Assembly: GCA_963762145.1 (NCBI GenBank)
Contig: CAVXJS010000021.1
Span: forward strand, 256,001 to 320,000
DNA: 64,000 nt
Source of the DNA: an uncultured Candidatus Rokubacteria bacterium
GTDB taxonomy: Bacteria > Methylomirabilota > Methylomirabilia > Rokubacteriales > CSP1-6
Direction of reading: 5' to 3'
In this document: piece by piece, positions 37,085 to 48,697 of the stretch
How positions within the stretch are numbered: position 1 is the first letter of the stretch
Layout: each line of letters starts with the position of its first letter
The notes under the pieces: model-generated
What the model saw: the letters and a program-made list of their open reading frames with translations, nothing else
Database searches by the model: none
What the model was told of the DNA's origin: nothing
Program-made: the position numbers and the translations under genes

Positions 37085-38619
37085 ATGTCGACGGTGGGGC
37101 CGGGTCTCCCCCCGCTCTCTCCTACGCGGGAGGAGTTTCGCACCCTGGCCGGGCAGGGCAACCTGATCCCGGTCTTCGCCGAGCTGGCCGCCGACCTCGA
37201 TACTCCGCTGTCCGCCTTCCTCCGGCTCCGGCCCGGCGCGTACGCCTTCCTGCTGGAGTCGGTCGAGGGCGGCGAGAAGTGGGCCCGCTACTCCTTCCTC
37301 GGCTCGGACCCCCTGATGGTCTTCACCGCAAAGGGCAAGCGGATCAGCGTCCGCCGGGCCGACGGCACCATCGAGCTGCTGCCGGGCTCGGACCCGTTCA
37401 CGGCGCTCCGGGATCTGCTGGCCCAGTTCAAGCCGGTCCCGGTGCCGGGGCTGCCGCGCTTCCAGGGCGGGGCGGTGGGCTTTCTGTCCTACGACATGAT
37501 CCGGCACGTCGAGCGGCTTCCGACCCTGACCGCCGACGATCAGAAGCTGCCCGACGCGGTGTTCATGTTCACCGACACCCTGCTGGTATTCGACAACCTG
37601 CGCCACCGGCTGCTGGTCATCGCGAATGCCCACGTCGCCCAGACCGATCCCGCCTCTCTCGACCGCGCGTACGACGCGGCCGCGGTCAAGATCGGCATGC
37701 TGCTGGGCAACCTGCGGCGGCCGGCCCGCTCCCCCGCCCCGCTCACGCTGCCGCCGGTCGAGCCGCTCGTGGCCCTGGGTGACGAGGGATTCACCTCGAC
37801 GATGGACGAGGCCGCCTTCACGGACGGGGTGCGCCGGGCGAAGGAGTTCATCGCCGCGGGTGACGCCTATCAGGTGGTGCTGTCGCGCCGCCTCGACACC
37901 GAGCTGCGGGCCGACCCCTTCACGGTCTATCGCGCGCTCCGCACGGTCAACCCGTCGCCCTACCTCTTCTTCCTGCGCCTCGGCAAGACCAGCATCGTGG
38001 GATCCTCTCCGGAGGTGCTGGTACGGCTCGAGGACGATCGGGTCGAGGAGCGGCCCATCGCGGGAACGCATCCGCGGGGGCGGACCGACGAGGAGGACGC
38101 CCGCCTGGCGGAGGAGATGCGCGCAGATCCGAAGGAGCGGGCCGAGCACGTGATGCTGGTGGATCTCGGCCGCAACGACGTGGGCCGGGTGAGCCGCCTC
38201 GGCACCGTCGAGGTCTCCGAGTTCATGGTGGTGGAGCGCTACTCGCACGTCATGCACCTGGTGAGTCACGTGCGAGGCCGGCTCGAGCCGGGCAAGGACG
38301 CCTTCGACGTGCTGGCCGCGTGCTTCCCCGCCGGGACCCTGACCGGGGCGCCCAAGATCCGCGCCATGGAGATCATCGAGGAGCTCGAGCCGACCCGCCG
38401 GGGCCCCTACGGGGGCGCGGTCGGCTACATCTCCTACTCGGGCAACCTCGACTCCTGCATCACGATTCGCACCGTGGTCTGCCACGGCCGCCGTGCGTCC
38501 ATCCAGGTCGGCGCCGGCATCGTGGCCGACTCCGATCCGAAGACGGAGTGGCTCGAAACGGCCTCGAAGGCGCGCGGCATGATCCTGGCGCTCCGCATCG
38601 CGGCGCAGGAGCAGCCCGC

Positions 38620-38623
<4 letters not shown>
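37085..38623 (+). CDS. trpE: Anthranilate synthase component I
   Basis: FLLESVEGG...[41 protein letters not shown]. Confidence 0.9.
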
Positions 38624-39200
<577 letters not shown>

Positions 39201-39204
<4 letters not shown>

Positions 39205-40253
39205 ACGCGGAGCCACCCGAACGGGTGCGCCTGGGGAAACTGGGCGAGCTCGGCCTGATCCGTCGCATCCGGAGCCGTGCCGCCACGACCGACGCCGCGC
39301 CCGGCGTGGAGGTCGGCATCGGCGACGACACCGCGGTCCTCGCGGTGCCGCCCGGTCACAAGCTGCTCGCCACCACCGATCTCCTGATCGAGGACGTTCA
39401 CTTCCGCCGGGTCTCCGCCGCGCCCTCCGACATCGGCTGGAAGGCCCTGGCGGTCAACCTCTCCGACATCGCGGCGATGGGCGGCATCCCGCGCTGGGCG
39501 CTGGTGGCGCTGGCCGTTCCGGCCGACACCCCGGTGGACGAGGTGGACGCCTTCTACGCGGGCATGGCGGAGGCCGGCGCGCCGCACGGCGTGACCGTCG
39601 TCGGCGGCGACACGTCCGCGACTCCGGGTGGGTGGACGGTGAACGTCACGCTCCTCGGGATCCATCCAGGCGAGCCGCGGCTTCGCTCGCACGCCCGCGC
39701 CGGCGACGCGGTGGCGGTGACGGGCAGCCTGGGCAGCTCCGCCGCCGGCCTCCACGCGCTCGAGCGCGGGCTCGATCGCTCCCGGGACGCCGGCCTCGCC
39801 GGCGCGCGGCTGGCCGAGATCACGCGGGCGCATCTCCGGCCCCGGGCGCGCGTGGCGGAGGGGCGCTGGCTGGGCCATGCGCCCGGAGTCCACGCGATGA
39901 TGGACTGCTCCGACGGGCTCGCCACCGACCTCGCGCACATCTGCCGGGAGAGCGGGTCGAGCGCCCGGGTCCAGCTCGATGGCGTTCCGGTCGCGGCGGC
40001 CGCGCGCGAGGCGGCGCGCGCCCTCGGGGGCGACGCGCGCGAGTGGGCGGTGAACGGCGGTGAGGACTACGAGCTCCTGCTCACGTGTGACCCCGCCGCG
40101 GCCGACCGGCTCATCGCGGGCCTCGCGGAGGCGACCGGCACCGCGCTCACCGTGATCGGACGGATCGAGGGGGCGCCCGGCGAGGTCGTCTTCGTGGACG
40201 CCGACGGTGCGCCGGTTGCGATGCGCGGGGGGTTCGAGCACTTCCATGGATAA
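39201..40253 (+). CDS. thiL: Thiamine-monophosphate kinase
   Basis: [36 protein letters not shown]. Confidence 0.95.
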
Positions 40254-41526
40254 CCGGCTGCTCCTCGAGCTGTGCGCCCTCGGGATCCTGGTCCTGCTCT
40301 CCGCGCTGCTCTCCGGCTCGGAGGCGGCCTACTTCTCGCTGGGGCGAACGCGGCTGAAGGAGCTGGCGGAGCAGCAGGGCAGGACGCCCGGCCCCCTCGC
40401 CCCGCTGCTCGCACAGCCCAACGAGCTGCTCGTCACGCTCCTGGTCGGCATCACGGTGGTGAACATCGGGGCCTCCGCGCTCGCGGCCGCCATCGCCGAG
40501 CGGCTCTTCGGCGGCATCGGTCTCCCCATCGCCATCGGCGCCATGGTGTTCCTGCTGACCGTATTCGGCGAGGTGCTGCCCATGACGCTGGCGGTGGAAC
40601 ACCCGCTGCGGTTCGCGAGCTGGGTGAACCGGCCGGTGGCGTGGCTCTCCGTCCTCCTGAAGCCGATCCGGGTCGGACTCGGCGCCTTCACCGCGGTCAC
40701 CCTCCGCCTGGTCGGCTCCGAGCGGCGCACCGGGCGGCCCGAGATCTCCGAGGAGGAGCTCCGCACGCTGGTGGACGTGGGCGCGCGCGAGGGCGTGGTG
40801 GACCGGACCGAGCGCGAGATGATCCACAAGGTGTTCGAGCTGGAAGACACCCTGGTGCGCGAGGTGATGGTGCCGCGTCCGGACATGTTCTGCCTCGACA
40901 CGTCCATGCCGTCGGACGAGATCCTGCCGCTGCTCCGCGAGCATCTCCACTCCCGCGTGCCGGTTTTCGAGGAGACCATCGACCAGATCGTCGGGGTGCT
41001 CTACACCAAGGACCTCCTCCCGCATCTCGACGGGCTGCCGCCCACCTTCGACCTTCGCGCGCACCTCCACCCGCCCTACTTCGTGCCGGAGTCGAAGCGA
41101 GCCGACGCGCTGCTCCGCGAGTTCCAGGCCAAGAAGCTGCACCTGGCCATCGTGGTGGACGAGTACGGGGGCACCGCGGGCCTCGTCACCCTCGAGGACC
41201 TGCTCGAGGAGCTGGTCGGAGAGATCCGCGACGAGTACGACGAGGACGAGCGCCTGATCCAGCGCGTCGGCCCGCGGACCTTCCGGGTCTCCGGGCGCCT
41301 GCCCATCCACGAGCTGAACACCGCCGTCGGTCTCGCGATCCCCGACGAATCTTTCGACACGGTGGGCGGCTGGGTGCTCGATCTCTTCGGTCGCGTGCCC
41401 CACCGGGGCGAGAAGAAGGAGACCGAGGGTGGCGTCCGCGTGTCGGTGGAGAAGGTGGAGCGGACGCGCGTGCTCGAGGTGATCGTCGCGCTGCCCGAAG
41501 CTCCCGGGGCGCCGGAGGGCGCGTGA
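40246..41526 (+). CDS. CNNM/hemolysin family protein (DUF21-CBS-CorC)
   Basis: [43 protein letters not shown]. Confidence 0.92.
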   Translation: MDNRLLLELCALGILVLLSALLSGSEAAYFSLGRTRLKELAEQQGRTPGPLAPLLAQPNELLVTLLVGITVVNIGASALAAAIAERLFGGIGLPIAIGAMVFLLTVFGEVLPMTLAVEHPLRFASWVNRPVAWLSVLLKPIRVGLGAFTAVTLRLVGSERRTGRPEISEEELRTLVDVGAREGVVDRTEREMIHKVFELEDTLVREVMVPRPDMFCLDTSMPSDEILPLLREHLHSRVPVFEETIDQIVGVLYTKDLLPHLDGLPPTFDLRAHLHPPYFVPESKRADALLREFQAKKLHLAIVVDEYGGTAGLVTLEDLLEELVGEIRDEYDEDERLIQRVGPRTFRVSGRLPIHELNTAVGLAIPDESFDTVGGWVLDLFGRVPHRGEKKETEGGVRVSVEKVERTRVLEVIVALPEAPGAPEGA

Positions 41527-42785
41527 TCTACGTCTGGCTCATCGGCCTGTCGCTGCTGGTGACCGCGCTCTTCTCGGCCGCCGAGATGTCGTTCATCGCG
41601 GCGAACCGGCTCCGGCTGCGCCACATGGCGGAGGGTGGGCACCGGACCGCCATTCGCTATCTGGAAGCGTTCCGGAGCCCGGAGCGGCTCCTCTCCACCG
41701 CCATGATGGGCGTCACCATCGCCCACATCACCGCCTCCAGCGTGGCGACCTGGGCGCTCATCCCGCTGGTGGGCAGCGGGGCGGCGATCCTGGTCACCGC
41801 CGTCCTCACCCCGCTGATGCTCGTCTTGGGCGAGGTGATCCCGAAGGCGGTGGCCCGGGAGCGCGCGACCGGGCTCATCCTGATCCTGTTCCCGGTGGTG
41901 GAGATGCTGGGCAAGATCCTGGCTCCCCTCACCTGGGGCGCCAACGCCCTGGTGGGGCGCGCGCTGGCCCTGGTGGGACGCCAGCCCACCGGAGCCCGCC
42001 AGTTCGTGTCGCGCGAGGAGCTGAAGCTGCTGCTGCAGATGGAGCCGGAAGAGGCGGACGTCACGGTCACCGAGGCCGAGATGATCGACAAGATCTTCGA
42101 CCTGGGGGAGACCGCGGCGCGGGAGGTAATGGTCCCGCTGGTGGACGTGGCCGCGCTGCCCGACACCGCCTCGCCCGCGGACGCGCTCCGTCTCATCCAG
42201 GAGCGGGGCTTCTCCCGCATTCCCGTCTTCACCGACCGCGCGTTCAACATCGTGGGCGTCATCACCAGCATGGATCTCTTCAGCCGGGGCGTGCGGGCGC
42301 CGGACGTGCGCTCGCTGATGCGCCCCGCCACCTACGTCCCGGAGACCAAGCGCATCGACGAGCTGCTGCGCGAGATGCAGAAGAATCGCGTGCAGCTCGC
42401 GGTGGTGGTGGACGAGTACGGCGGCGCGGTCGGCATCGTCACGGTGGAGGACATCGTCGAGGAGATCGTGGGCGAGATCCGGGACGAGCACGACCGGACT
42501 CCCGACACCGTGGAGCGCCTGCCCGACGGCAGCTACCGCGTCGCGGGCCGCGCTGGCATCGACGAGGTCAACGAGGCACTCGACTGGAACCTGCCCAAGG
42601 GCGACTTCGAGACGATGGCGGGCCTCGTGCTCGCCACCCTGCATCGCATCCCCCTGGTCGGCGAGGTGTTCCGGGTCGGGCGCTACGCCTTCACGGTGCT
42701 CGAGGCCGACACGCGCCGCGTCCTCACCGTCCGCGTCACCCCCGGCCCCCTCACGAAGCCCACCCCCGACAAGCCCGAACCCTAG
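41523..42785 (+). CDS. CNNM/hemolysin family protein (DUF21-CBS-CorC), tandem paralog
   Basis: [34 protein letters not shown]; GTG overlaps the upstream TGA. Confidence 0.92.
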   Translation: MIYVWLIGLSLLVTALFSAAEMSFIAANRLRLRHMAEGGHRTAIRYLEAFRSPERLLSTAMMGVTIAHITASSVATWALIPLVGSGAAILVTAVLTPLMLVLGEVIPKAVARERATGLILILFPVVEMLGKILAPLTWGANALVGRALALVGRQPTGARQFVSREELKLLLQMEPEEADVTVTEAEMIDKIFDLGETAAREVMVPLVDVAALPDTASPADALRLIQERGFSRIPVFTDRAFNIVGVITSMDLFSRGVRAPDVRSLMRPATYVPETKRIDELLREMQKNRVQLAVVVDEYGGAVGIVTVEDIVEEIVGEIRDEHDRTPDTVERLPDGSYRVAGRAGIDEVNEALDWNLPKGDFETMAGLVLATLHRIPLVGEVFRVGRYAFTVLEADTRRVLTVRVTPGPLTKPTPDKPEP

Positions 42786-43000
42786 CGCTTGCGCGAAGCA
42801 GCAGAACCGTTAGACTAGACGCCGCCAGCGCGAAACACGGCGTCAGGGCTACCCGGTCCTCGTAACGCGAGGCAGGTCGGATGAGCGCTGGCGCAAAGAA
42901 GCCCAACCGCCAAACCAGGAGTCCACACGAGCGAACCGGCGCAAGGCGAAGCAGGTCGGATGAGCGCTTGCGCGAAGGAGCCGAACCGCCAACCGAAGTC
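42784..43000. repeat. Imperfect ~55-bp direct repeats (two copies plus one partial)
   Basis: GCGA(G/A)GCAGGTCGGATGAGCGCT(G/T)GCGC(A/G)AAG(A/G)AGCC(C/G)AACCGCCAA at 42867-42923 and 42946-43000; partial copy at 42784-42809. Confidence 0.75.
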
Positions 43001-43033
43001 ATCTACATTTAACCTCGAGAAGGAGAAACAGAG

Positions 43034-43708
43034 ATGGCCGGCACGATGGTCGAGTTCCCCAGCAACGGGCACACCGCGAAGGGCTATCTGGCCACTCCCG
43101 CCTCCGGCAAGGGCCCGGGCGTCCTCGTCATCCAGGAGTGGTGGGGCCTGGTGGGCCACATCAAGAACGTGTGTGATCGCTTCGCGGCCGCCGGCTTCTC
43201 GGCACTGGCCCCCGATCTCTACCATGGCCAGACCGCGACCGAGCCGGACGCGGCGGGCAAGCTCTTCATGGCCTTGAACATCGAGCGGGCCGAGAAGGAT
43301 CTCTCGGGCGCCGCGAAGTACCTGGCCGGCCATTCCTCGACGGCCAAGCTCGGGGCGGTGGGCTTCTGCATGGGCGGACAGCTCGCCCTCTTCGCCGGTT
43401 GCACGAACGCGAACGTGGGCGCGGTGGTGGACTTCTACGGCATCCACCCAAACGTCAAGCCGGACTACACCAAGCTGAGCGGCCCCGTGCTGGGGCTCTT
43501 CGCCGAGAAGGACGGCTTCGTGACGCCGCAGACCGCCCGCGAGGTGGAGGCCGCCATCAAGAAGGCGGGCAAGACGGTCGAGATCAACATCTATCCGGGA
43601 GTGGACCACGGCTTCTTCAACGACGAGCGGGCCGACGTCTACAACAAGCCCGCCGCCGAGGACGCCTGGCGCCGCACCCTGGACCTGTTCAAGAAACACC
43701 TGAAATAG
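43034..43708 (+). CDS. Dienelactone hydrolase family protein
   Basis: IQEWWGL, APDLY, GFCMGG, HGFFN, AWRRT. Confidence 0.93.
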   Translation: MAGTMVEFPSNGHTAKGYLATPASGKGPGVLVIQEWWGLVGHIKNVCDRFAAAGFSALAPDLYHGQTATEPDAAGKLFMALNIERAEKDLSGAAKYLAGHSSTAKLGAVGFCMGGQLALFAGCTNANVGAVVDFYGIHPNVKPDYTKLSGPVLGLFAEKDGFVTPQTAREVEAAIKKAGKTVEINIYPGVDHGFFNDERADVYNKPAAEDAWRRTLDLFKKHLK

Positions 43709-43757
43709 ACCGAGGGAGCGCAACAGGCAGCAAACGGGAGTCCGCAGACTGGGGGAG

Positions 43758-43784
43758 TGCGGGGGCCATTTCTGGGCCCCCGCA
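43758..43784. terminator. GC hairpin between convergent DLH and rplQ genes
   Basis: TGCGGGGGCC-ATTTCTG-GGCCCCCGCA, perfect 10-bp stem. Confidence 0.6.
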
Positions 43785-43872
43785 TTTCAACAGAGCCTAA
43801 AGAACTAAACGGAAGACAGCGGAACGGAAGACACCGGAACGGCACACAGCAGAAAGGCAGCCCGCAACACCA

Positions 43873-44367
43873 CTACCCCGCCGCGGCAGCCGCCTTCTTG
43901 CGCCGGCCCTTGGCTGCGCCCGCGGAGGCCTCACCCTTGCCGGCCTTCTTGTCTTCCTTGGGCGCCTTCTCGGCCTTGGCGTCCTTCTTCCCCTTCTCCT
44001 TGGGCTCTTCGGGCCGATCCACCAGCTCCAGCACCACCATCTGCGCGCGATCGCCGGGCCGCAGGCCCGCCTTCATGATGCGCGTGTAGCCGCCGTGCCG
44101 CTCGCTGAAGCGGGCCGCGATCGTGTCGAAGAGCTTCTTCACCACGACCGCGTCCGGCACCATGCTCAGCACCTGCCGGCGCGCGTGCAGGTCGTCGCGC
44201 TTGGCGAGGGTCACCATGTGGTCGGCGAGGCCGCGGACCGCCTTGGCCTTGGCCTCGGTGGTCATGATGCGCTCGTGCCGGAAGAGGGCGACGAGCAGGT
44301 TCCGGAACAGCGCCCAGCGGTGAGCGGTGACCCGCCCGAGCTTGAAGCCCGCCTTGCCGTGCCTCAT
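43873..44367 (-). CDS. rplQ: 50S ribosomal protein L17 with a Lys/Ala-rich tail
   Basis: [25 protein letters not shown]. Confidence 0.97.
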   Translation of the reverse strand: MRHGKAGFKLGRVTAHRWALFRNLLVALFRHERIMTTEAKAKAVRGLADHMVTLAKRDDLHARRQVLSMVPDAVVVKKLFDTIAARFSERHGGYTRIMKAGLRPGDRAQMVVLELVDRPEEPKEKGKKDAKAEKAPKEDKKAGKGEASAGAAKGRRKKAAAAAG

Positions 44368-45350
44368 TTCGTCCCTCCGCGGCCGATCGCGCCCAGCAGA
44401 TTCGGATCGATGCGCATGCCGAGCGACAGTCCAAGCGCCGCGAGCGCGATCTTGATCTCCTCGATCGACTTGGAGCCGAGGTTCTTGACCGACTCGAGAT
44501 CCTCGTCGGTCTTCTGGACCAGGTCCGCGACCATCAGGATCTCGTGGTTCTTCAGCGCGTTGATCGCCCGCGCGGGGAGCGGCAGCTCCTCGAGCGGCTT
44601 GGAGAGGCTCTCCTGCAGGAAGCCCTCGCCGGTGGCCTCCACCTCTTCCTCCTCCTCCTCGCGCCCCTCGGGAGCCAGGTGAGAGAAGTGCGACTGTAGG
44701 TGCCGCGCCGCCCGCGACAGCGCGTCGTCGGGAGATACCGCTCCGTTGGTCCAGATCTCGAGGATGAGCTTCTCGTAGTCGGTGACCTTGCCGAGCCGCG
44801 CGTTCTCCACCCCGTAGGCCACGCGCTGGATCGGCGAGAAGGCCGAGTCTAGCGCGATCGCGCCGTCGGGCACGGTTCCCGCGAGATGCCGGTCGGCCGC
44901 CACGTAGCCGCGGCCCGCTCCGATTCCGAGGTCAATCGCGAGACTGGCGCCCGCGGCCAGCGTCGCGATGTGGATCTCCGGGTTCAGCACCTCGACGCCG
45001 CTCGCCTCCGATACGTCGGCCCCGGTGACCTGCTTGGGCCCGGTCGCCTCCAGCCGGGTCTCGGTCGGCTCGCCGGAGGGAACGCTCACCGCCAGCTTCT
45101 TCACGTTCAGCAGCACGTCGGTCGTGTCTTCCTGCACGCCGGGGATCTGGGTCCCCATGTCCTTCACCCCCGGGATCCGAACCCACGACACCGCCGAGCC
45201 CGGCACGATGGCCAGGAGGGTGCGGCGCAGGGAATGCCCGACGGTGAGGGCGTAACCCTTCTCGAACGGCTCGGCTACCAGCCGCCCGTAGCGATCGGAG
45301 AGAATCTCCCACTGGATCGACTTCGGCTTCTGAAACGGCGTTCTGGCCAT
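44364..45350 (-). CDS. rpoA: RNA polymerase alpha subunit
   Basis: EPFEKG...LRR, GRGYVAA, FSPI.RV, DYEKL.LEIWTNG, alpha-CTD NLGSKS; lies between rpsD and rplQ. Confidence 0.95.
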   Translation of the reverse strand: MARTPFQKPKSIQWEILSDRYGRLVAEPFEKGYALTVGHSLRRTLLAIVPGSAVSWVRIPGVKDMGTQIPGVQEDTTDVLLNVKKLAVSVPSGEPTETRLEATGPKQVTGADVSEASGVEVLNPEIHIATLAAGASLAIDLGIGAGRGYVAADRHLAGTVPDGAIALDSAFSPIQRVAYGVENARLGKVTDYEKLILEIWTNGAVSPDDALSRAARHLQSHFSHLAPEGREEEEEEVEATGEGFLQESLSKPLEELPLPARAINALKNHEILMVADLVQKTDEDLESVKNLGSKSIEEIKIALAALGLSLGMRIDPNLLGAIGRGGTK

Positions 45351-45378
45351 ATGCCCCTTCTGGCGGCGAGTCCGCCGC

Positions 45379-46002
45379 CTACTTCGAGAACAACTCGACG
45401 ATGAGCTGCTCCTGCACCGGGATCTGGATGTCCTCCCGCAGCGGAAGCCCACGCACCGTGCCCTTCTTCTCGTTGATGTCCAGGTCCAGCCACGGCGGTA
45501 CCGGCGAGCGCCCCGCCCCGAGGTTGTCGGCGACCCGCTCCTGCATCTTCGAGGTCGTCCGCAGCTGGACCACCTCACCCACCTTGACGATGAAGGACGG
45601 GATCGACACCTTCCGCCCGTTCACCTGGATGTGGCCGTGGCCGATCATCTGCCGGGCCTCCCGGCGGGACGCGGCCATCCCGAGGCGGAACACCACGTTG
45701 TCGAGACGTCGCTCGAGGAACTTGAGCAGGTTCTCACCGGTGATGCCCTTCTCGGCTTCGGCCCACGCGAAGTAGCGGCGGAACTGGGCCTCCAGCACGC
45801 CGTAGATGCGCTTGGCCTTCTGCTTCTCCCGGAGCTGGATGCCGTACTGCGTCGGCTTCGTGCGCCCCAGGCCGTGCTGGCCGGGCGGATAGTTCCTCCG
45901 CTCGATCGCGCACTTGTCGGTGAAGCAGCGAGAGCCCTTCAGGAACAGCTTGATGCCTTCACGCCGGCACTGCCGGCAAACGGCGGCTCGATATCGTGCC
46001 AC
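45379..46002 (-). CDS. rpsD: 30S ribosomal protein S4
   Basis: [27 protein letters not shown]. Confidence 0.97.
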   Translation of the reverse strand: MARYRAAVCRQCRREGIKLFLKGSRCFTDKCAIERRNYPPGQHGLGRTKPTQYGIQLREKQKAKRIYGVLEAQFRRYFAWAEAEKGITGENLLKFLERRLDNVVFRLGMAASRREARQMIGHGHIQVNGRKVSIPSFIVKVGEVVQLRTTSKMQERVADNLGAGRSPVPPWLDLDINEKKGTVRGLPLREDIQIPVQEQLIVELFSK

Positions 46003-46014
46003 TTACGTCTCCTC

Positions 46015-46443
46015 CTACACGCGTCGCCGCTTGGGCGGCCGGCAGCCGTTGTGCGGAATCGGGGTCACGTCACGGATGGCGGTGATCTCCAGGCCCACCG
46101 CCTGGAGCGAGCGGATGGCCGCCTCGCGCCCGGCTCCCGGGCCGCGCACGAACACCTCCACCTGCTTGAGGCCCACTTCCATCGCCTTGCGGGCCGCGTT
46201 CTCGGCCGCGGTCTGGGCCGCGAAGGGCGTGCTCTTGCGGGAGCCCTTGAAGCCCACGCTGCCCGCGCTCGCCCACGAGACCACGTTGCCCATCTTGTCG
46301 GTCAGGGTCACGATCGTGTTGTTGAAGGTGGCCTGCACGTGGGCGATGCCCACGCGGACCTCCTTGCGCTCCCGCTTGCGCCCGCCCTTCCGGGGCGCAA
46401 CCGAGGCTTTCTCGTCCGGCTTCTGTTCCGCGGCGTCGGCCAT
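46015..46443 (-). CDS. rpsK: 30S ribosomal protein S11
   Basis: [34 protein letters not shown]. Confidence 0.98.
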   Translation of the reverse strand: MADAAEQKPDEKASVAPRKGGRKRERKEVRVGIAHVQATFNNTIVTLTDKMGNVVSWASAGSVGFKGSRKSTPFAAQTAAENAARKAMEVGLKQVEVFVRGPGAGREAAIRSLQAVGLEITAIRDVTPIPHNGCRPPKRRRV

Positions 46444-46455
46444 CGACTCGGCTCC

Positions 46456-46860
46456 TTACTTTTTCGGCGGCGCGGATGGCGCGGCGGCCACCGGCTTCTT
46501 CTTCACCATCACGCCCTTGCTCTTGCCCTTGCGCGTGCGCGCGTTCGTGTGGGTCCGCTGCCCCCGAACCGGCAGGCCCTTGCGATGCCGGATGCCGCGG
46601 TAGCTTCCGATGTCCATCAGGCGCTTCACGCTCATCGAGACTTCGCGGCGAAGGTCACCCTCGACCTTGTATTCGCGCTCGATGATGTCGCGCACCCGAC
46701 CCGTCTCCTCGTCCGACCAGCTCTTGACCCGCTTGTCGGGATCCACCCGGGCATCGGCGAAGATCTTCCTCGAGGACGGGATCCCGATCCCGTAGATGTA
46801 CTGGACCGCGATCTGTCCCCGCTTGTCCCGCGGCAGGTCGACTCCGGCGATACGTGCCAT
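46456..46860 (-). CDS. rpsM: 30S ribosomal protein S13
   Basis: [28 protein letters not shown]. Confidence 0.97.
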   Translation of the reverse strand: MARIAGVDLPRDKRGQIAVQYIYGIGIPSSRKIFADARVDPDKRVKSWSDEETGRVRDIIEREYKVEGDLRREVSMSVKRLMDIGSYRGIRHRKGLPVRGQRTHTNARTRKGKSKGVMVKKKPVAAAPSAPPKK

Positions 46861-46868
46861 GGTGGCTC

Positions 46869-46982
46869 CTATCCCTGGCGCTGCTTGTGGCGCGGGTTGG
46901 TGCAGATGATCCGCACGACACCTTCGCGGCGGACGACCTTGCAGTGCTCGCACCGAACCTTGATCGATGGACGTACTTTCAT
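46869..46982 (-). CDS. rpmJ: 50S ribosomal protein L36
   Basis: Read manually: [37 protein letters not shown] (too short for the ORF track). Confidence 0.97.
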   Translation of the reverse strand: MKVRPSIKVRCEHCKVVRREGVVRIICTNPRHKQRQG

Positions 46983-47044
46983 ATGCTCCTCGGGCTTCTT
47001 ACCCTTGCCCCTCTATGCCAAACTCGAACACCTACCAACCCGTT

Positions 47045-47263
47045 CTATTTGAATCTGTAAGTGATCCGGCCGCGGGTGAGGTCGTAGGGCGACAGCTCCA
47101 CCTTCACCTTGTCGCCCGGCAGGATGCGGATGAAGTTCATCCGCATCTTGCCCGACACGTGGGCCAGCACCCGGTGACCATTCTCCAGCTCCACCCGGAA
47201 CATCGCGTTGGGCAGCGGCTCCACCACCGTGCCCTCCACCTCGATCGCATCTTCCTTGGCCAT
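47045..47263 (-). CDS. infA: Translation initiation factor IF-1
   Basis: [31 protein letters not shown]. Confidence 0.98.
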   Translation of the reverse strand: MAKEDAIEVEGTVVEPLPNAMFRVELENGHRVLAHVSGKMRMNFIRILPGDKVKVELSPYDLTRGRITYRFK

Positions 47264-47279
47264 GGACTCGCGTTCCCCT

Positions 47280-48041
47280 CTAGGCCGCGCGATCCAGTCG
47301 CGTCAGCACCTCGGGGCCCGCGTCCGTGATGGCGATGGTGTCCTCGAAATGCGCGGCCCAGCTCCCGTCGGCGGTCACCGCCGTCCAGCGATCCTCCAGC
47401 ACGCGCACCTCCCAGGAGCCCATCGTGATCATGGGCTCGATGGCCAGCACCATGCCGGTCTTGATCACCGGGCCCCGGCCCGCATCCCCGAAATTGGGGA
47501 TCTGCGGCTCCTCGTGGAGATTCCGCCCGATCCCGTGGCCAACGAAGGCACGCACGACCCCGAAGCCGTGGCTCTCGCAGTGGGTCTGCACCGCGTGGGA
47601 GACGTCGCCCAGCCGGTTGCCGGGGCGGCACTGCACGATCGCCTTGTCCAGGCTCTCCTGGGTCACGTCCAGGAGCTCCTGAACCCGCGGGGCCACCGGC
47701 CCCACCGGGAGCGTGATCGCGCAGTCCGCGTAGTACCCTTCGACGATACACCCGAGGTCCAGCCCCACGATGTCCCCTTCGCGCAGCTTCCGCTTGGACG
47801 ACGGAATGCCGTGCACCACTTCCTCGTTGATCGAGATGCAGACGGTGGCCGGGAATCCGCGGTAGCCCTTGAAGGCCGAGGCCGCGCCGCGCGAGACGAT
47901 GAAGGCCTCCACGTCGGCATCGATCTCCTTGGTGGAGATCCCGGGCTTGACCATCACGCGCAGGCGGTCCTTGACCTCGGCGAGGATCCGCCCGGCCGCC
48001 CGCATGTGGCCGAGCTCGCGCGCCGACTTGAGGAGGATCAC
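47280..48041 (-). CDS. map: Methionine aminopeptidase type I
   Basis: [32 protein letters not shown]. Confidence 0.96.
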   Translation of the reverse strand: MILLKSARELGHMRAAGRILAEVKDRLRVMVKPGISTKEIDADVEAFIVSRGAASAFKGYRGFPATVCISINEEVVHGIPSSKRKLREGDIVGLDLGCIVEGYYADCAITLPVGPVAPRVQELLDVTQESLDKAIVQCRPGNRLGDVSHAVQTHCESHGFGVVRAFVGHGIGRNLHEEPQIPNFGDAGRGPVIKTGMVLAIEPMITMGSWEVRVLEDRWTAVTADGSWAAHFEDTIAITDAGPEVLTRLDRAA

Positions 48042-48697
48042 GAAGCCACCGGCTCCTCGACCGCCTTCCGGATCGCCTCGGCCACCCGATCCACCGGGCC
48101 CTCGCCGGCCACGCGCACCAGCAGGCCGCGGTTGCGGTAGTAGTCGAGCAGCGGCGCGGTCTGGGTCTGGTAGACGTCGAGCCGGCGTCCCACCGTGGCC
48201 TCCGCATCGTCGTCCCGCTGGTAGAGCTCGCCGCCGCACTGATCGCACCGGCCGGCCACCTTCGGCGGGGCCGAGACGAGGTGAAAGGCGGTGCCGCACT
48301 GCCGGCAGACCCGGCGCCCGGTCAGGCGGCGCACCAGCTCATCGCGCGAGACGTCGAAGAAGACCACCCGGTCGAGATCCTGGCCGAGTCGCCGCAGCAG
48401 CGTATCGAGGGCCTCGGCCTGGGGCACGGTGCGCGGGAAGCCGTCGAGCACGTAGCCCGGGCGCGCATCGGGTCGCGACAGGCGCTCGTCCACCAGACCG
48501 ATCACGACCTCGTCGGGCACCAGCGCGCCCTGGTCCATGAAGCGCTTGGCCTCGCGCCCGAGCGGCGTACCCGCGGCCACCGCCTCGCGGAGCATGTCCC
48601 CGGTGGCGACCTGGGGCACGCCGGAGCCCGCGGCCAGCCGCCGGGCCTGGGTGCCCTTGCCCGCGCCGGGGGCGCCGAGGAAGATCACGCGGCTCAT
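48038..48697 (-). CDS. adk: Adenylate kinase (Zn-binding LID)
   Basis: GAPGAGKGT, LDGFPRT, CRQC...CDQC, QRDDD. Confidence 0.97.
   Translation of the reverse strand: MSRVIFLGAPGAGKGTQARRLAAGSGVPQVATGDMLREAVAAGTPLGREAKRFMDQGALVPDEVVIGLVDERLSRPDARPGYVLDGFPRTVPQAEALDTLLRRLGQDLDRVVFFDVSRDELVRRLTGRRVCRQCGTAFHLVSAPPKVAGRCDQCGGELYQRDDDAEATVGRRLDVYQTQTAPLLDYYRNRGLLVRVAGEGPVDRVAEAIRKAVEEPVAS

Noticed and set aside
40246-42785. Tandem CNNM/CorC paralogs as a novel system
   Set aside because: Paired DUF21-CBS genes are common in bacteria
42784-43000. Possible mini CRISPR array
   Set aside because: Only two imperfect ~55-bp units with a ~22-bp gap, and no cas genes in the window
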